Part shown: positions 7,873 to 17,900 of the stretch, piece by piece
Layout: every line of letters begins with the position of its first letter
Numbering within the stretch: position 1 is the stretch's first letter
DNA from: Puniceicoccales bacterium
Lineage (GTDB): Bacteria > Verrucomicrobiota > Verrucomicrobiia > Opitutales > UBA9783
DNA: 45,684 bases
Reading direction: 5' to 3'
Assembly: GCA_031260015.1 (NCBI GenBank)
Contig: JAIRKR010000054.1
Span: 1 to 45,684, forward strand
Translations under genes and position numbers: made by a program
The notes under the pieces: model-generated
What the model was told of the DNA's origin: nothing
Database searches by the model: none
Seen by the model: the letters and a program-made list of their open reading frames with translations, nothing else

Positions 7873-8541
7873 ATGAATAAAATTATAAAAGCTGGTCTTG
7901 TAGCGTCAAGTATGGTGGGTGAAGTTGCCTTAAATGCCTGGTACTGCATGGACTGTCAACGTGATCACCAACTTCGGATTTGTATCGCAACAGGTAAAAC
8001 ATATGGGCAGCAAGCACTGGACATGGATCCTACTGCGTTTCCGTTGGTAGGACATGTGAATGATGTTCCGGTTCATGGTCCGATAAATGGTATTTATTAT
8101 AAGACACCCGACAAGAAAATGGTCCAAAGACTTGCAGGCCAATGGTTATATTGTACCGTATGGTCAGATGTGTTTGTAGGAAAAGCGGATGAAGTTTTCG
8201 GTATGGATGGTCATCCTTTGCCACAGGTAGGTGCTCTAGCCGATGGTTGTACCGTTTATCAGTTATCCAATAAGCCTACTTTTATTGCCACAATAAAGAG
8301 CCCTTCAAACGGGACGGAGGGGTGTGTTGATATTGTGCCTCTATCAGTTATTATACACAAGGATCGTTTTGTGTATTTTCGTCACTGTTATGCTTATTCA
8401 AAACATGAGTTTTTTTTGAGCCCCGAGGCTAATGGTGCTTATTTTGATGGTTGTGTTTGGATTAATAAAAAGACAGATAAAGTGTACAAACGCGAAACGC
8501 AACTGCCTCGAAATTGGACCATACTACTTGAGGACTTCTAG
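7873..8541 (+). CDS. Secreted hypothetical protein with N-terminal CxxC-x3-H-x4-C motif
   Basis: 222-aa ORF with signal-peptide-like MNKIIKAGLVASSMVGEVALNA followed by WYCMDCQRDHQLRIC; it has its own RBS and terminator. Confidence 0.8.
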   Translation: MNKIIKAGLVASSMVGEVALNAWYCMDCQRDHQLRICIATGKTYGQQALDMDPTAFPLVGHVNDVPVHGPINGIYYKTPDKKMVQRLAGQWLYCTVWSDVFVGKADEVFGMDGHPLPQVGALADGCTVYQLSNKPTFIATIKSPSNGTEGCVDIVPLSVIIHKDRFVYFRHCYAYSKHEFFLSPEANGAYFDGCVWINKKTDKVYKRETQLPRNWTILLEDF

Positions 8542-8607
8542 AAAAGCACATAGAAGCAACAGAAGTAAGAGAGTTCTGTGCGTCCGTGTTGTTATTATAC
8601 TTGTTTT

Positions 8608-8635
8608 AAAAATGCTACCCGTGGGTAGCATTTTT
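8608..8635. terminator. Intrinsic terminator, probably bidirectional
   Basis: AAAAATGCTACCC-GT-GGGTAGCATTTTT perfect inverted repeat with A and T tails, downstream of 7873..8541. Confidence 0.85.
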
Positions 8636-8742
8636 ATTTTGAACAAATTGAATCATATAAAAAGTGGCGCATTTTTAATACATAGCATAGCATTTTCAAA
8701 TAAGTTTAAAGTCTACATATACAGTAACGGGCAATTTTGAAT

Positions 8743-8835
8743 CTTGTCTTTCGACTTTGAAAAATCTTGCAAAAAACACCGTATGCCTTTAACGGGTTAA
8801 ATGTTTTTAAGGCAGTGAGGAATAACATTTGCCTG
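8743..8835 (-). repeat. Diverged relic of the 5' end of the methyltransferase pseudogene at 13660..13754
   Basis: TTTGAAAAATCTTGCAAAAAA...ATGCCTTTAA.GGGTTAAATGTTT is shared; both copies encode TFNPLKA.GVF.QDFSK.KDK. Confidence 0.9.
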
Positions 8836-8976
8836 CCGCAATGATGTTTAGGTTTAACTTTTTCAGGAACCCTGTGGATGTAGTGTTTCCAATGTCGGTT
8901 GCCTTGCGACTCAACGCGCATAAAATAGATTTTTGGACAACTTTCAAAAAAATTAAATGTGAACGCATTTTGTACG

Positions 8977-9006
8977 TTGACAATTTCAGAAATCTGTTTT
9001 TATAAA
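8977..9006 (+). promoter_or_regulatory. Sigma70-type promoter, probably giving a leaderless transcript
   Basis: TTGACA (8977-8982), 18 nt, TATAAA (9001-9006); the ATG is at 9012. Confidence 0.6.
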
Positions 9007-9011
9007 GAGAC

Positions 9012-10121
9012 ATGAAACATGTTTCAGTTTGCGTTATGGGTATCGGCACATTATTGTTGTCCGGTTGCCAAACAACGAAGGTGGGACCCCATGCACTCAA
9101 AAGTTCCCACAGTGCCTACAACCAGGCACTTATTAGTACGTTAGATGAACAACTTTTAACTAATATCGTTCGCCTACGTTATCGTGATAACCCTGTCTTT
9201 CTGGAGGCTAACACGATTACCCAAAGCAACAAAGCCAGCGGTAGTTTGGGTTTAGAGTTATCAAAAACTTTTCTAGGAAAACCTAGCAATGGTGCTTACA
9301 ATGGTGCGGGGGGTATTAAACCCAGTATGGGTTGCGAAGATGGATCGCAAATTGTCTTAAAACCGTTGACTGGCAACGAGTTTATCAAGAAGTTGATGAC
9401 ACCCATTCAAAATCCCATCTTAATTTCCATGATTCAATCCGGATGGCGAGCCGATCGCGTGTTCAATTTGTGCGTCGAAAGAATTAACAATCTTTACAAT
9501 GCGCCGACCGCCAGCGGACCTACACCTGCCTATGCACCCGAATACGCAAAATTTTATCGCTTTACCGAGCTGCTACGCACCTTCCAACGCAATAACTTGA
9601 TCAACTTTGGAGAACAGCCCGACGTCAACTTTGCGGACCTCATGTTAAGAATTACGGAAACTCCTTCATTGGCTAAAGAAATAAAAGAGTTTAAAATGTT
9701 GGCCAACCTCAATCCCAACCTTAATGAATTTAAATTCAAAAGTAGCTTCTTGGAGATGAGTCCAAAGAAATTAACGGTTCGAGCACGTTCTTTATTGGGT
9801 ATATTTTTCTTCTTGTCCCAAGGCGTGGAAATACCCGAAGAAGACGAAACCCAAGGTTTAGTCACCGTTACTCAAAATTTAGATGGATCCAAATTCGATT
9901 GGAGTACGCTTTCAACACGGTTCCTAACCGTCCATTGCAGCACGTCTAAAATAAAGCCAAATAACGCTTACGTTGCCTGTCATTATCGCAATAAATGGTT
10001 TTTCATCGCGGATAATGATTTGGAATCCAAAACGAGTTTTATGCTGCTCAATCAAATATTCACGCTACAGTCTTCAAAATATAAAGCTTCCGATCCGATC
10101 CTCGTATTATCCGGGTCTTAA
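9012..10121 (+). CDS. Lipoprotein of unknown function
   Basis: 369 aa with lipobox LLSG-C and conserved-looking blocks (EQLLTNIVRLRYRDNPVFL, YRNKWFFIADNDLESKTSF). Confidence 0.85.
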   Translation: MKHVSVCVMGIGTLLLSGCQTTKVGPHALKSSHSAYNQALISTLDEQLLTNIVRLRYRDNPVFLEANTITQSNKASGSLGLELSKTFLGKPSNGAYNGAGGIKPSMGCEDGSQIVLKPLTGNEFIKKLMTPIQNPILISMIQSGWRADRVFNLCVERINNLYNAPTASGPTPAYAPEYAKFYRFTELLRTFQRNNLINFGEQPDVNFADLMLRITETPSLAKEIKEFKMLANLNPNLNEFKFKSSFLEMSPKKLTVRARSLLGIFFFLSQGVEIPEEDETQGLVTVTQNLDGSKFDWSTLSTRFLTVHCSTSKIKPNNAYVACHYRNKWFFIADNDLESKTSFMLLNQIFTLQSSKYKASDPILVLSGS

Positions 10122-10142
10122 GACTCATTATTTATAAACCTC

Positions 10143-10172
10143 AAAGGCTCATTGCAGTAATGGGCCTTTTTT
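10143..10172 (+). terminator. Intrinsic terminator
   Basis: AAAGGCTCATT-GCAGT-AATGGGCCTTT hairpin ending in a T run, just after the 10121 stop. Confidence 0.8.
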
Positions 10173-10343
10173 AGTTTCTTTGATTTAATACTGTATTTTG
10201 TTCATCCCCAATTTAACTGCTCTTCTCCGGGAAATACAAACAGTACTTTGACCGTTTTAAAATATTTGCACTTTTAACCGTATTCTCCCTTGACATCTAT
10301 TCAAAAATCTTTTTTCCTCTTTTGATCAAGCGTGTAATACAGA

Positions 10344-10420
<77 letters not shown>

Positions 10421-10519
10421 AAAGGGGTCAAGCAAAAATAATTCAGATTTTTTGTGCTTATTGCTTGTAGCTCACAAAAGCGGGAGTATTGACTCTGAGG
10501 TAAAATTAATTGTAATTGT

Positions 10520-11198
10520 ATGAATATCCAACGAGAGGCAAATGAAATTAAGCAGCGGTATTACCGACGAATGGAAAAAGATCAATCAAAGTTGTATAGT
10601 TTCATTAACAGGAGCGTTACCCTTAGTTTTACAGAAAAGTTTTTTTTGCCTAACTCAACTACTCCATAAATTTTTTGGGTATGAATTTACAGAAAAGTTT
10701 TACCTAGAAGTCGGTTGTGGAACGGGAACAAATTTACTTTTATTTTTGATGCTGGGTATTCCGGCAAATCACTTAGCAGGTAATGATATATTTGAACCCT
10801 GTTTGCAAACAGCATACAACAGATTGCCTCAAGCTGTAAAATTAGATTGTGGTAACTTTTTAGATATTACCGATTGCATTCTTTTGTCTACCGTTTTAAG
10901 CTCAGTCTTAGATAAAGAATTTCAGAAAAAAGTAATGCAGAAATGTTATACATTGTTAAAGCCTAACGGTTATCTTCTAATATATGATTTTGTATTCAAT
11001 AATCCACAGAATCCGGATGTAAAAGGCATTTCTTTGCCTTTTTTAAAACAAACAGAGAAATGGAAAAAATCAGCATTTAAACGTGTAACTCTTGCTCCTC
11101 CCATTGCTCGTAGACTTTCTAAATTTCCTTTGTTGATTAAGATGTTAACATACGTGAAAGTTTTAAATACGCACATAATTGGTTTTTTACAAAAATAA
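10520..11198 (+). pseudogene. Class I SAM-dependent methyltransferase, frameshifted
   Basis: Motif I LEVGCGTG. The natural N-terminus (ATG 10520, MNIQREANEIKQRYYRR) is one base out of frame; removing one T from the T8 run at 10640-10647 joins the two parts. Confidence 0.75.
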
Positions 11199-12390
11199 TG
11201 CAACAATCGGTTCCATTTTTTAAGCCTAGTATTAGTCAAAATGAGCGAGATAACATTTTAGACGTTTTAGAAGGTGGGTGGCTAACAAAACGGGTCAATG
11301 GTGTAAAAAATTTGAACAAGCATTTGCAAAATATATTGGAGTAAAACACTGTATTTCTATTAATCCTGCAACGGCTGCACTACATTTATCAGTGATTGTA
11401 AGTGGTATTTGTCCCGGAGAAGCAGTGCTTGTACCAACGATGACATTCGTTTCAACGGCAGAAATTTTATATTATTCCTATATCCATCCTATTTTAGTGG
11501 ACTGTGATCCAAAAGATTTAACAATGTCGGCCCAAGATGCACGTTATAAGTTACTGCAAGCACGTGCAAAAGGAATACGTGTTACAGGGGTCATTCCCGT
11601 ACATTACGCAGGTAAAATGGTACAAATGGATTGGGTTGAAAGTTTAGCCGAAGAATTCGGACTCAAGATCATCGAAGATGCTGCTCATTGTTGTGGTTCA
11701 AAATATTTTTCAAGTCGACATAATAAATGGCTCACCAAATGCCCCACTTCATTAACACAGTGCTATTCTTTTTATTGTACAAAATGCATAACTACAGGAG
11801 GTGAAGGCGGTATTGTCGCTACAGACTCCGATGAACTGGCCGATAAAATTCGAATTTTATTTTTGCATGGGTTATCTACAAATGCTTGGGAACGTTTTAG
11901 TGAACAAGGTGAGATTTTTTACGATGTTGGTACACTCGGCTACAAATACAACTTAACAGACATGGCAGCTGCTATGGAGTGCGTGCAATTAGTTAAAGCG
12001 GATCATCTTAGAGAGCGCCGGACTCAAGCTGTCGCCACTTATAAAGAAGCTTTAAAAGGAATCTCTTGCATTGACTATTTGCAAGATGAATCAGAATATT
12101 TTGTACATGCACATCATTTATTTGTGATAAAGTTAAATACTAAGCAAGCGCCGTTGTCCCGAAACCAACTTTTACAGCAGTTGAAAACTTATCACATTGT
12201 TCCTTCTGTTCATTGGAAACCGTTGCATTTACACTTATTTTATCAAAAACAAGGGTTCCCTATGTCTGATTTTCCGAATGCAACCCATGTTTTTGATCAG
12301 ATTATTAGTTTACCTTTGTTTCCTGATATTACGGAAGAACAAATTTATTACGTTGCGAATACATTGAAAAAGCTTCTCGCTAATGGCTAG
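11198..12390 (+). pseudogene. DegT/DnrJ/EryC1/StrS PLP sugar aminotransferase, frameshifted near the 5' end
   Basis: ATG 11198 (TAATG coupling) gives MQQSVPFFKPSI...GWLT; frame break at about 11285-11290 before TGQWCKKFE. IEDAAH and SFYCTKCITTGGEGG are present. Confidence 0.85.
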
Positions 12391-12395
12391 TTCGC

Positions 12396-13007
12396 ATGTT
12401 AAAACGCGTTTTTGACATCCTAGTATCTTTATGTGGTTTGTGTTGTTTGTCGCCATTTTTATTATTAATAGGATTGTTGGTTGGTATACGAGATGGATGC
12501 CCAATTTTTTTTAAACAAAAACGAATTGGACGTTATGGAAGTACTTTCTTCCTATGGAAATTCAGAACGATGGTAGACTCTAAAATACAGGACACACAAT
12601 TGGCGACTACAAATGACGAACGTATTACACTTACCGGTCGTATATTAAGAAAATACAAGATAGATGAATTTCCTCAACTGTGGAATGTTTTAAAAGGGGA
12701 CATGAGTCTTGTTGGATACCGTCCAGAAATTCCTTACTACGTTGCAAAATATACACCAGAACAAAAGAAACTTTTACAATACAAACCTGGCATTGTCGAC
12801 CCAGCGACCCTATACTTCAAGGATGAAAATAATTTGCTGAACACCAGCCAAAATGTTGAACACGATTACATCCACAAAATCTTACCCATAAAACTTAAAC
12901 TTAGTTTAGATTATGCCCAAAGAGCAACTTTTAGATCTGACTTAAAATGTATTCTAGAAACAATCTTCAAACTTTTACTAAGCACGCTCAATAAATGTTT
13001 ACCCTAG
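12396..13007 (+). CDS. Priming undecaprenyl-phosphate glycosyl-1-phosphate transferase (PglC/WcaJ-type sugar transferase)
   Basis: KRVFDI, KFRTM and DEFPQLWNVLKGDMSLVGYRPE motifs. Confidence 0.93.
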   Translation: MLKRVFDILVSLCGLCCLSPFLLLIGLLVGIRDGCPIFFKQKRIGRYGSTFFLWKFRTMVDSKIQDTQLATTNDERITLTGRILRKYKIDEFPQLWNVLKGDMSLVGYRPEIPYYVAKYTPEQKKLLQYKPGIVDPATLYFKDENNLLNTSQNVEHDYIHKILPIKLKLSLDYAQRATFRSDLKCILETIFKLLLSTLNKCLP

Positions 13008-13049
13008 GTACCTCTACCCCTATTTTGAACTGCTTATTAAGGACCTTAT

Positions 13050-13430
13050 TTAGAGTTCAGCCTTTCTCAAAATTTGCAGGACTTTTAGAATATTAAGCAA
13101 GTAAAAAATTATCTGAACGCAAGTTAATAACGTCAAGAATGTTATAAAAGTCAGTGACATCATCTTCTGAACTACAAACACAAAAAATAAACCTACAAAA
13201 AAGCAAAAATGCCAGTTACAAAAAAATCTATTTTTCAAATACAGAATAGGGATTTGTTTGAAAGACGAAGACACAAAATAGAAAAAACCGCCAATAGATA
13301 AGATACGTAATAAGTTTCTATCTATACTCCATTTTGCATCAATTAAATGATGGCAAATTAGGTCAGAGAAAAGAGCAACTAATGCAAAACCAACAAGTCC
13401 AACAACACAAATACACCAAAACAGTTTTAT
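13050..13430 (-). pseudogene. C-terminal fragment of a Wzx-like flippase or polysaccharide membrane protein
   Basis: About 4 hydrophobic segments only, no proper 5' end, fused directly to the truncated methyltransferase. Confidence 0.5.
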
Positions 13431-13759
13431 CCACAATATATTTTTCTAATTGCATGCCAGCGATGCGTGCTTCGGTATTTCTAAAACCTGTGATATGAAC
13501 AGGACGACAGGACTGATAAAAATATCCTTCGCCATAATCATAAGACGTGTATTCTCGCAATTGGGCTTCTAGAATTTTCGCAATTTCATAATGCAAAGAT
13601 AATTGCTTCCGAATCCTAAAATAATCCTTAAGCCTATTTAAAATAGCTTGTTTTTTGGCCTTATCTTTCAATTTTGAAAAATCTTGCAAAAAAACACCAC
13701 ATGCCTTTAATGGGTTAAATGTTTCGTAAAGCAGCGAAGAATAATTCTTGCTTGTTCAT
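13420..13759 (-). pseudogene. 5' fragment of a SAM methyltransferase, frameshifted and truncated at motif I
   Basis: ATG 13759 MNKQELFFAAL, frameshift, then TFNPLKACGVFLQDF...YDYGEGYFYQS...ITGFRNTEARI...DKTVL, breaking where D-x-G-C-G is expected. Confidence 0.65.
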
Positions 13760-13778
13760 GAGATATAGTCATTTTCAC

Positions 13779-14936
13779 TTACAAATTTTGTAAAGTTTTT
13801 TTAAGCTGATTTAGAATATAGGTCGCCCCTTGGTAAGCAGATTGATTCCAATGAAAAACATGTTGCTCTCGTAAAGTACAGAGACGTTGACGCCATTCCT
13901 CTCGCCGCATCAATAGATTATCCAGTAAAGATGGAAGTGTGGAACACTGTGTAAGCGGTACCTCGATGCCAATTTCTTTGCGCAGGGCAATTTCTATAGG
14001 TTCTATTTGCAAATCTTGCCAACGAGGATTGTGTTTTTTAAGTGGCGTTTCAATGAATATAACCGGACGTTCGGTTCCAAAAGCGTATTCGAACGCAATA
14101 CCGGAACGATCTGTAATGAGTACATCCGCGTCGTATAAGTTTTCTTCCGAAAGAAGCCGATCTTCCCAAATAAAATTGGCTAAAGATGCAATTTTACGTT
14201 GCAAATGGGATACCTGCCGTGGGCATCGTTTCAAAAACTCTGGATGTGGGCGCAAGACAACCGCATAATTCAAAGGTGCCAAAACTTCTATGAGCTCTTC
14301 GATTCCATTTTCGAACAAACTACTTACGCTCCAAGTAGGGGCGATTAGAATTTTTTTGACTTCTTTATCGTGTTTACAAGGTCTTTGCTGAAAAGTCTGA
14401 TAAACAACATCCATACGTGGATAGCCTATGGGTAACAACTTTTTGTTGGGCAAATGATACAGATTTTCTCGTTTTTGGATTTCCTGTACATGGTGTGGCC
14501 CTACACAAAAGATCGTATCGTAAGCGTCGAATGCGCGTTCATTATACTGAAGATGTGTACTCGAAAACGCATGAAATAGGTATACGTACTCTTGCGTATG
14601 CGGTGACTTTTTTAAATGATAAGTGTTTAGATCGGGCATTGTAAAAACAAAAATCTGCGCATCCATTTTATCGAATACCGACTTCAAAAAATGATTGAAG
14701 TAAAATGGCTGTAAGCGCTCATGATGTTGCAACAATAGAGGATCATTCGGATCCGATGTAATGTACGAACACGAAACATCTGGGTCTTGTAAAATTTCTC
14801 TGATGAAAGGAGCAAACGTTTGGAAATAGATATCACGTTCAGAATAAAAAACTAAACGGCGATGCTCACGGTATTCTTTGCTGAAAAAAAGTTTGTAATT
14901 TTTATACTCTGTTTGCAGATTAGAAAACCAAGACAT
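13779..14936 (-). CDS. CDP-glycerol glycerophosphotransferase (TagF/TagB-like) family protein
   Basis: YLFHA, GYPRMD, ILIAPTW, LRPHP, DVLITDRSGIAFEYAF and RPVIFI motifs. ATG 14936 preferred over TTG 14942. Confidence 0.88.
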   Translation of the reverse strand: MSWFSNLQTEYKNYKLFFSKEYREHRRLVFYSERDIYFQTFAPFIREILQDPDVSCSYITSDPNDPLLLQHHERLQPFYFNHFLKSVFDKMDAQIFVFTMPDLNTYHLKKSPHTQEYVYLFHAFSSTHLQYNERAFDAYDTIFCVGPHHVQEIQKRENLYHLPNKKLLPIGYPRMDVVYQTFQQRPCKHDKEVKKILIAPTWSVSSLFENGIEELIEVLAPLNYAVVLRPHPEFLKRCPRQVSHLQRKIASLANFIWEDRLLSEENLYDADVLITDRSGIAFEYAFGTERPVIFIETPLKKHNPRWQDLQIEPIEIALRKEIGIEVPLTQCSTLPSLLDNLLMRREEWRQRLCTLREQHVFHWNQSAYQGATYILNQLKKTLQNL

Positions 14937-17900
14937 GGTCAATATGGGTGTATTTCAACAACAAGTAATTATTTTAGGTGCCGGTAAGTCAAAACAATTT
15001 CTTGAAAATCCATCCATCATTCACGTGGATCAAGATACACGCACTTTAGATTGGCTACTCAACGCATTCGACAAAACAATTACGCATTACTTATTTGTAG
15101 GGGGGTACAAGATGGATGAAATCACTCATTATTATCCCTATTTACACTTTGTCATAAATCCTATTTGGAAACATTCAGGGTGTATAGAATCATTGCGTTT
15201 ATCAGATTTTGACCCACAATTGCCCGCCTTCGTTTGTTATGGAGATATTCTAGTGCGTCCCGAATTGATTCAAAAGATATTGCAAACGGTTCAACAAGGT
15301 AACATGGATGTTATCTTTGCACTCGATTCGGATCCAAAAACAATTGAAGCAAAGCCCGACTGTGAGTACATCGATTGCAATTTTAATGGCAGTGACCGTA
15401 GACAAAACTTTATTGGACTTATTTATTTGAAGCCGAATGTATTGCAGCAATTAAAGAATAATTTTCCATCGGGTTCGACTCACCAACGTTTATCGAGCCT
15501 ATTACCTTATTTGCTGCAAAATAAATTCAACATCCAAATGGTGGATGCCCATGGATTGTGGGTGGAAGTGCAGCAACCGAGTGACGTAGCCCGTTTCATT
15601 CTCACCACCAAGGCCCAAACTTTACATACCTTAAGACATCGTATTACCAAGGCAAAGATAGCGGAACAAATACATTTTTCGGTTCAAGAATGGCAAAACA
15701 ATCGGCAAACTATACTCGATATTTTAAAGCAAACTTTTGGAGAAAAATTGCTCGTGGTCCGCAGTAGTTCGTTGCAAGAAGATGGATTTTTAAAAGCCAA
15801 TGCCGGAAGATTTACAAGCGTTGCTGATGTCCAAAACAACGACACCGATTTAACACGAGCTGTGGAAACCGTTATTGCTTCTTACGGTCAAGCGATGACC
15901 CAAGAAGATCAAATATTGGTGCAAGCTATGTTGCAAAGTGTAGATGCCTGCGGGGTCATCTTTACGCGCACATTAAGCTATGGGGCTCCCTATTACATCG
16001 TAAATTACGATATGGAAAATACAGCCGCTATCACAAACGGCACCAGCGATAGCGATTTTATTTTTTATCATTGGAAGACGGCCCTTATCCCTAAAAATGC
16101 CCCTTATTTTTTCAAAGATTTATACGAGGCGATTCAAGAGATTGAATTTTTGACACAATTTGACGCTCTGGACATCGAGTTTGCGATTACAAAGACGCAC
16201 GAATTGTACATTTTTCAGGTGCGTCCATTGGCTGCGCAACACTTGCGCGAAATTGATGACGGTCAATTGCAGAAACAATTGCAACAAGCATCCAAACGAT
16301 TTGAAGACATGCAACAGGCGCACCCTGGGATAAGTGGCAATCGAACCATCTTTGGCATTATGCCCGATTGGAATCCCGCAGAAATTGTTGGTATCAAACC
16401 GAGAACATTGGCCATAACGCTTTATCAACAACTAATTACGCATGCAATTTGGGCGCAACAACGATATGAATTTGGCTACAAAAATGTACGTCCGTATCCG
16501 CTTATTGTATGTTTTTCTGGGCATCCGTACGTGGATGTTCGTGCCAGCATTCATTCTTTTTTACCCGCAAACCTAAAGCAAACTACCATAGAAAAGCTCG
16601 TCCATTACTACTTAAGTCGCCTGTCAACGCATCCCGAATGGCACGATAAGCTCGAATTTATGGTCATGCCCACATGCTACACATTTGACTTTGAAGATCG
16701 TTGGCGCACGGCTTTAACACGCGAAGCCGGTTTATTGGAGGATGAATTTAAAGCCTACAAGCAAGATCTATTGCGTCTAACGCAGGATGCCTTTCAAATA
16801 TGTGCAGAACAATACAAAGCAACTGCGTCCATAAACGAACGATTTGAAGCTATTCAACAGGTACCGCTGTCGGACTTAGATCGTCTGTACACACTATTCG
16901 AAACGTGTAAGCAGGGAACATTAAATTTTTCCCACTTAGCACGCTGCGGTTTTATCGCCAGTGCATTTCTAAAGTCTGCTTTGGCTAAAAACATTCTGAC
17001 AGAAGACGAAAAAGAAACGCTTTTAGGTGATATTCAAACCATTACGGGAACATTTTTTGAAGAGACAAAAAAAGTGCTTAACGGTCAAGTTCCCCGTACC
17101 CATTTCATTCATAAATATGGACATCTAAGACCGGGTACGTACGATATTACATCTCCTGCGTACAAAACAGATCCAGACAAATACTTATTTGGGCACGCGG
17201 GACAACCTATTACGACGGCGATAACTTCTAAAAGCACATTCCACAATCCAACTTTCGAAAAAGCTTTATCGGACACACTATCGGTTTCGTTGGAGACCTT
17301 TAGACATTTTTTACAACAGTCCATTGCGGGTCGTGAATACTCCAAATTTGTTTTCACAAGATACGTTTCTGAAATTCTGGATATCCTCGAACGTTTAGGA
17401 CAGAGGTATGGGTTTTCTGCAGACGATGTTTCTTATCTCCCAATTGCAACGTGGTTGGACTTGCGCAACGGTATTGCAAGTGATGGAAAAACAAAGCGGC
17501 TCTTAAGGGCACAAATTGAGTATCAAAAAGAGTATCATCAGGTCGCCCGGTGCATCGAATTTCCACCGTTAATACTGCAAAAAAGTGATTTTTTCTCATT
17601 TTTTGTGCCCAAAACTTTACCCAATTTCATTGGAAACCAATGTGTCGAAGCACCTCTCGTTTACTTAAAAAATTCAAACGAAACCAACGGCGACAGTCTA
17701 CGTCATAAAGTCGTATTGATTGAAAAGGCAGACCCAGGATTCGATTGGATATTTAATTACGAGATTGCCGGACTTATCACGGTATACGGAGGGCCTAATT
17801 CGCACATGGCCATTCGTTCGGCCGAATTTAAATTACCGGCCAGCATTGGCATTGGGAATACGCTTTTCAATAGGTTGAAAACGGCCCAATTGGTGCAACT

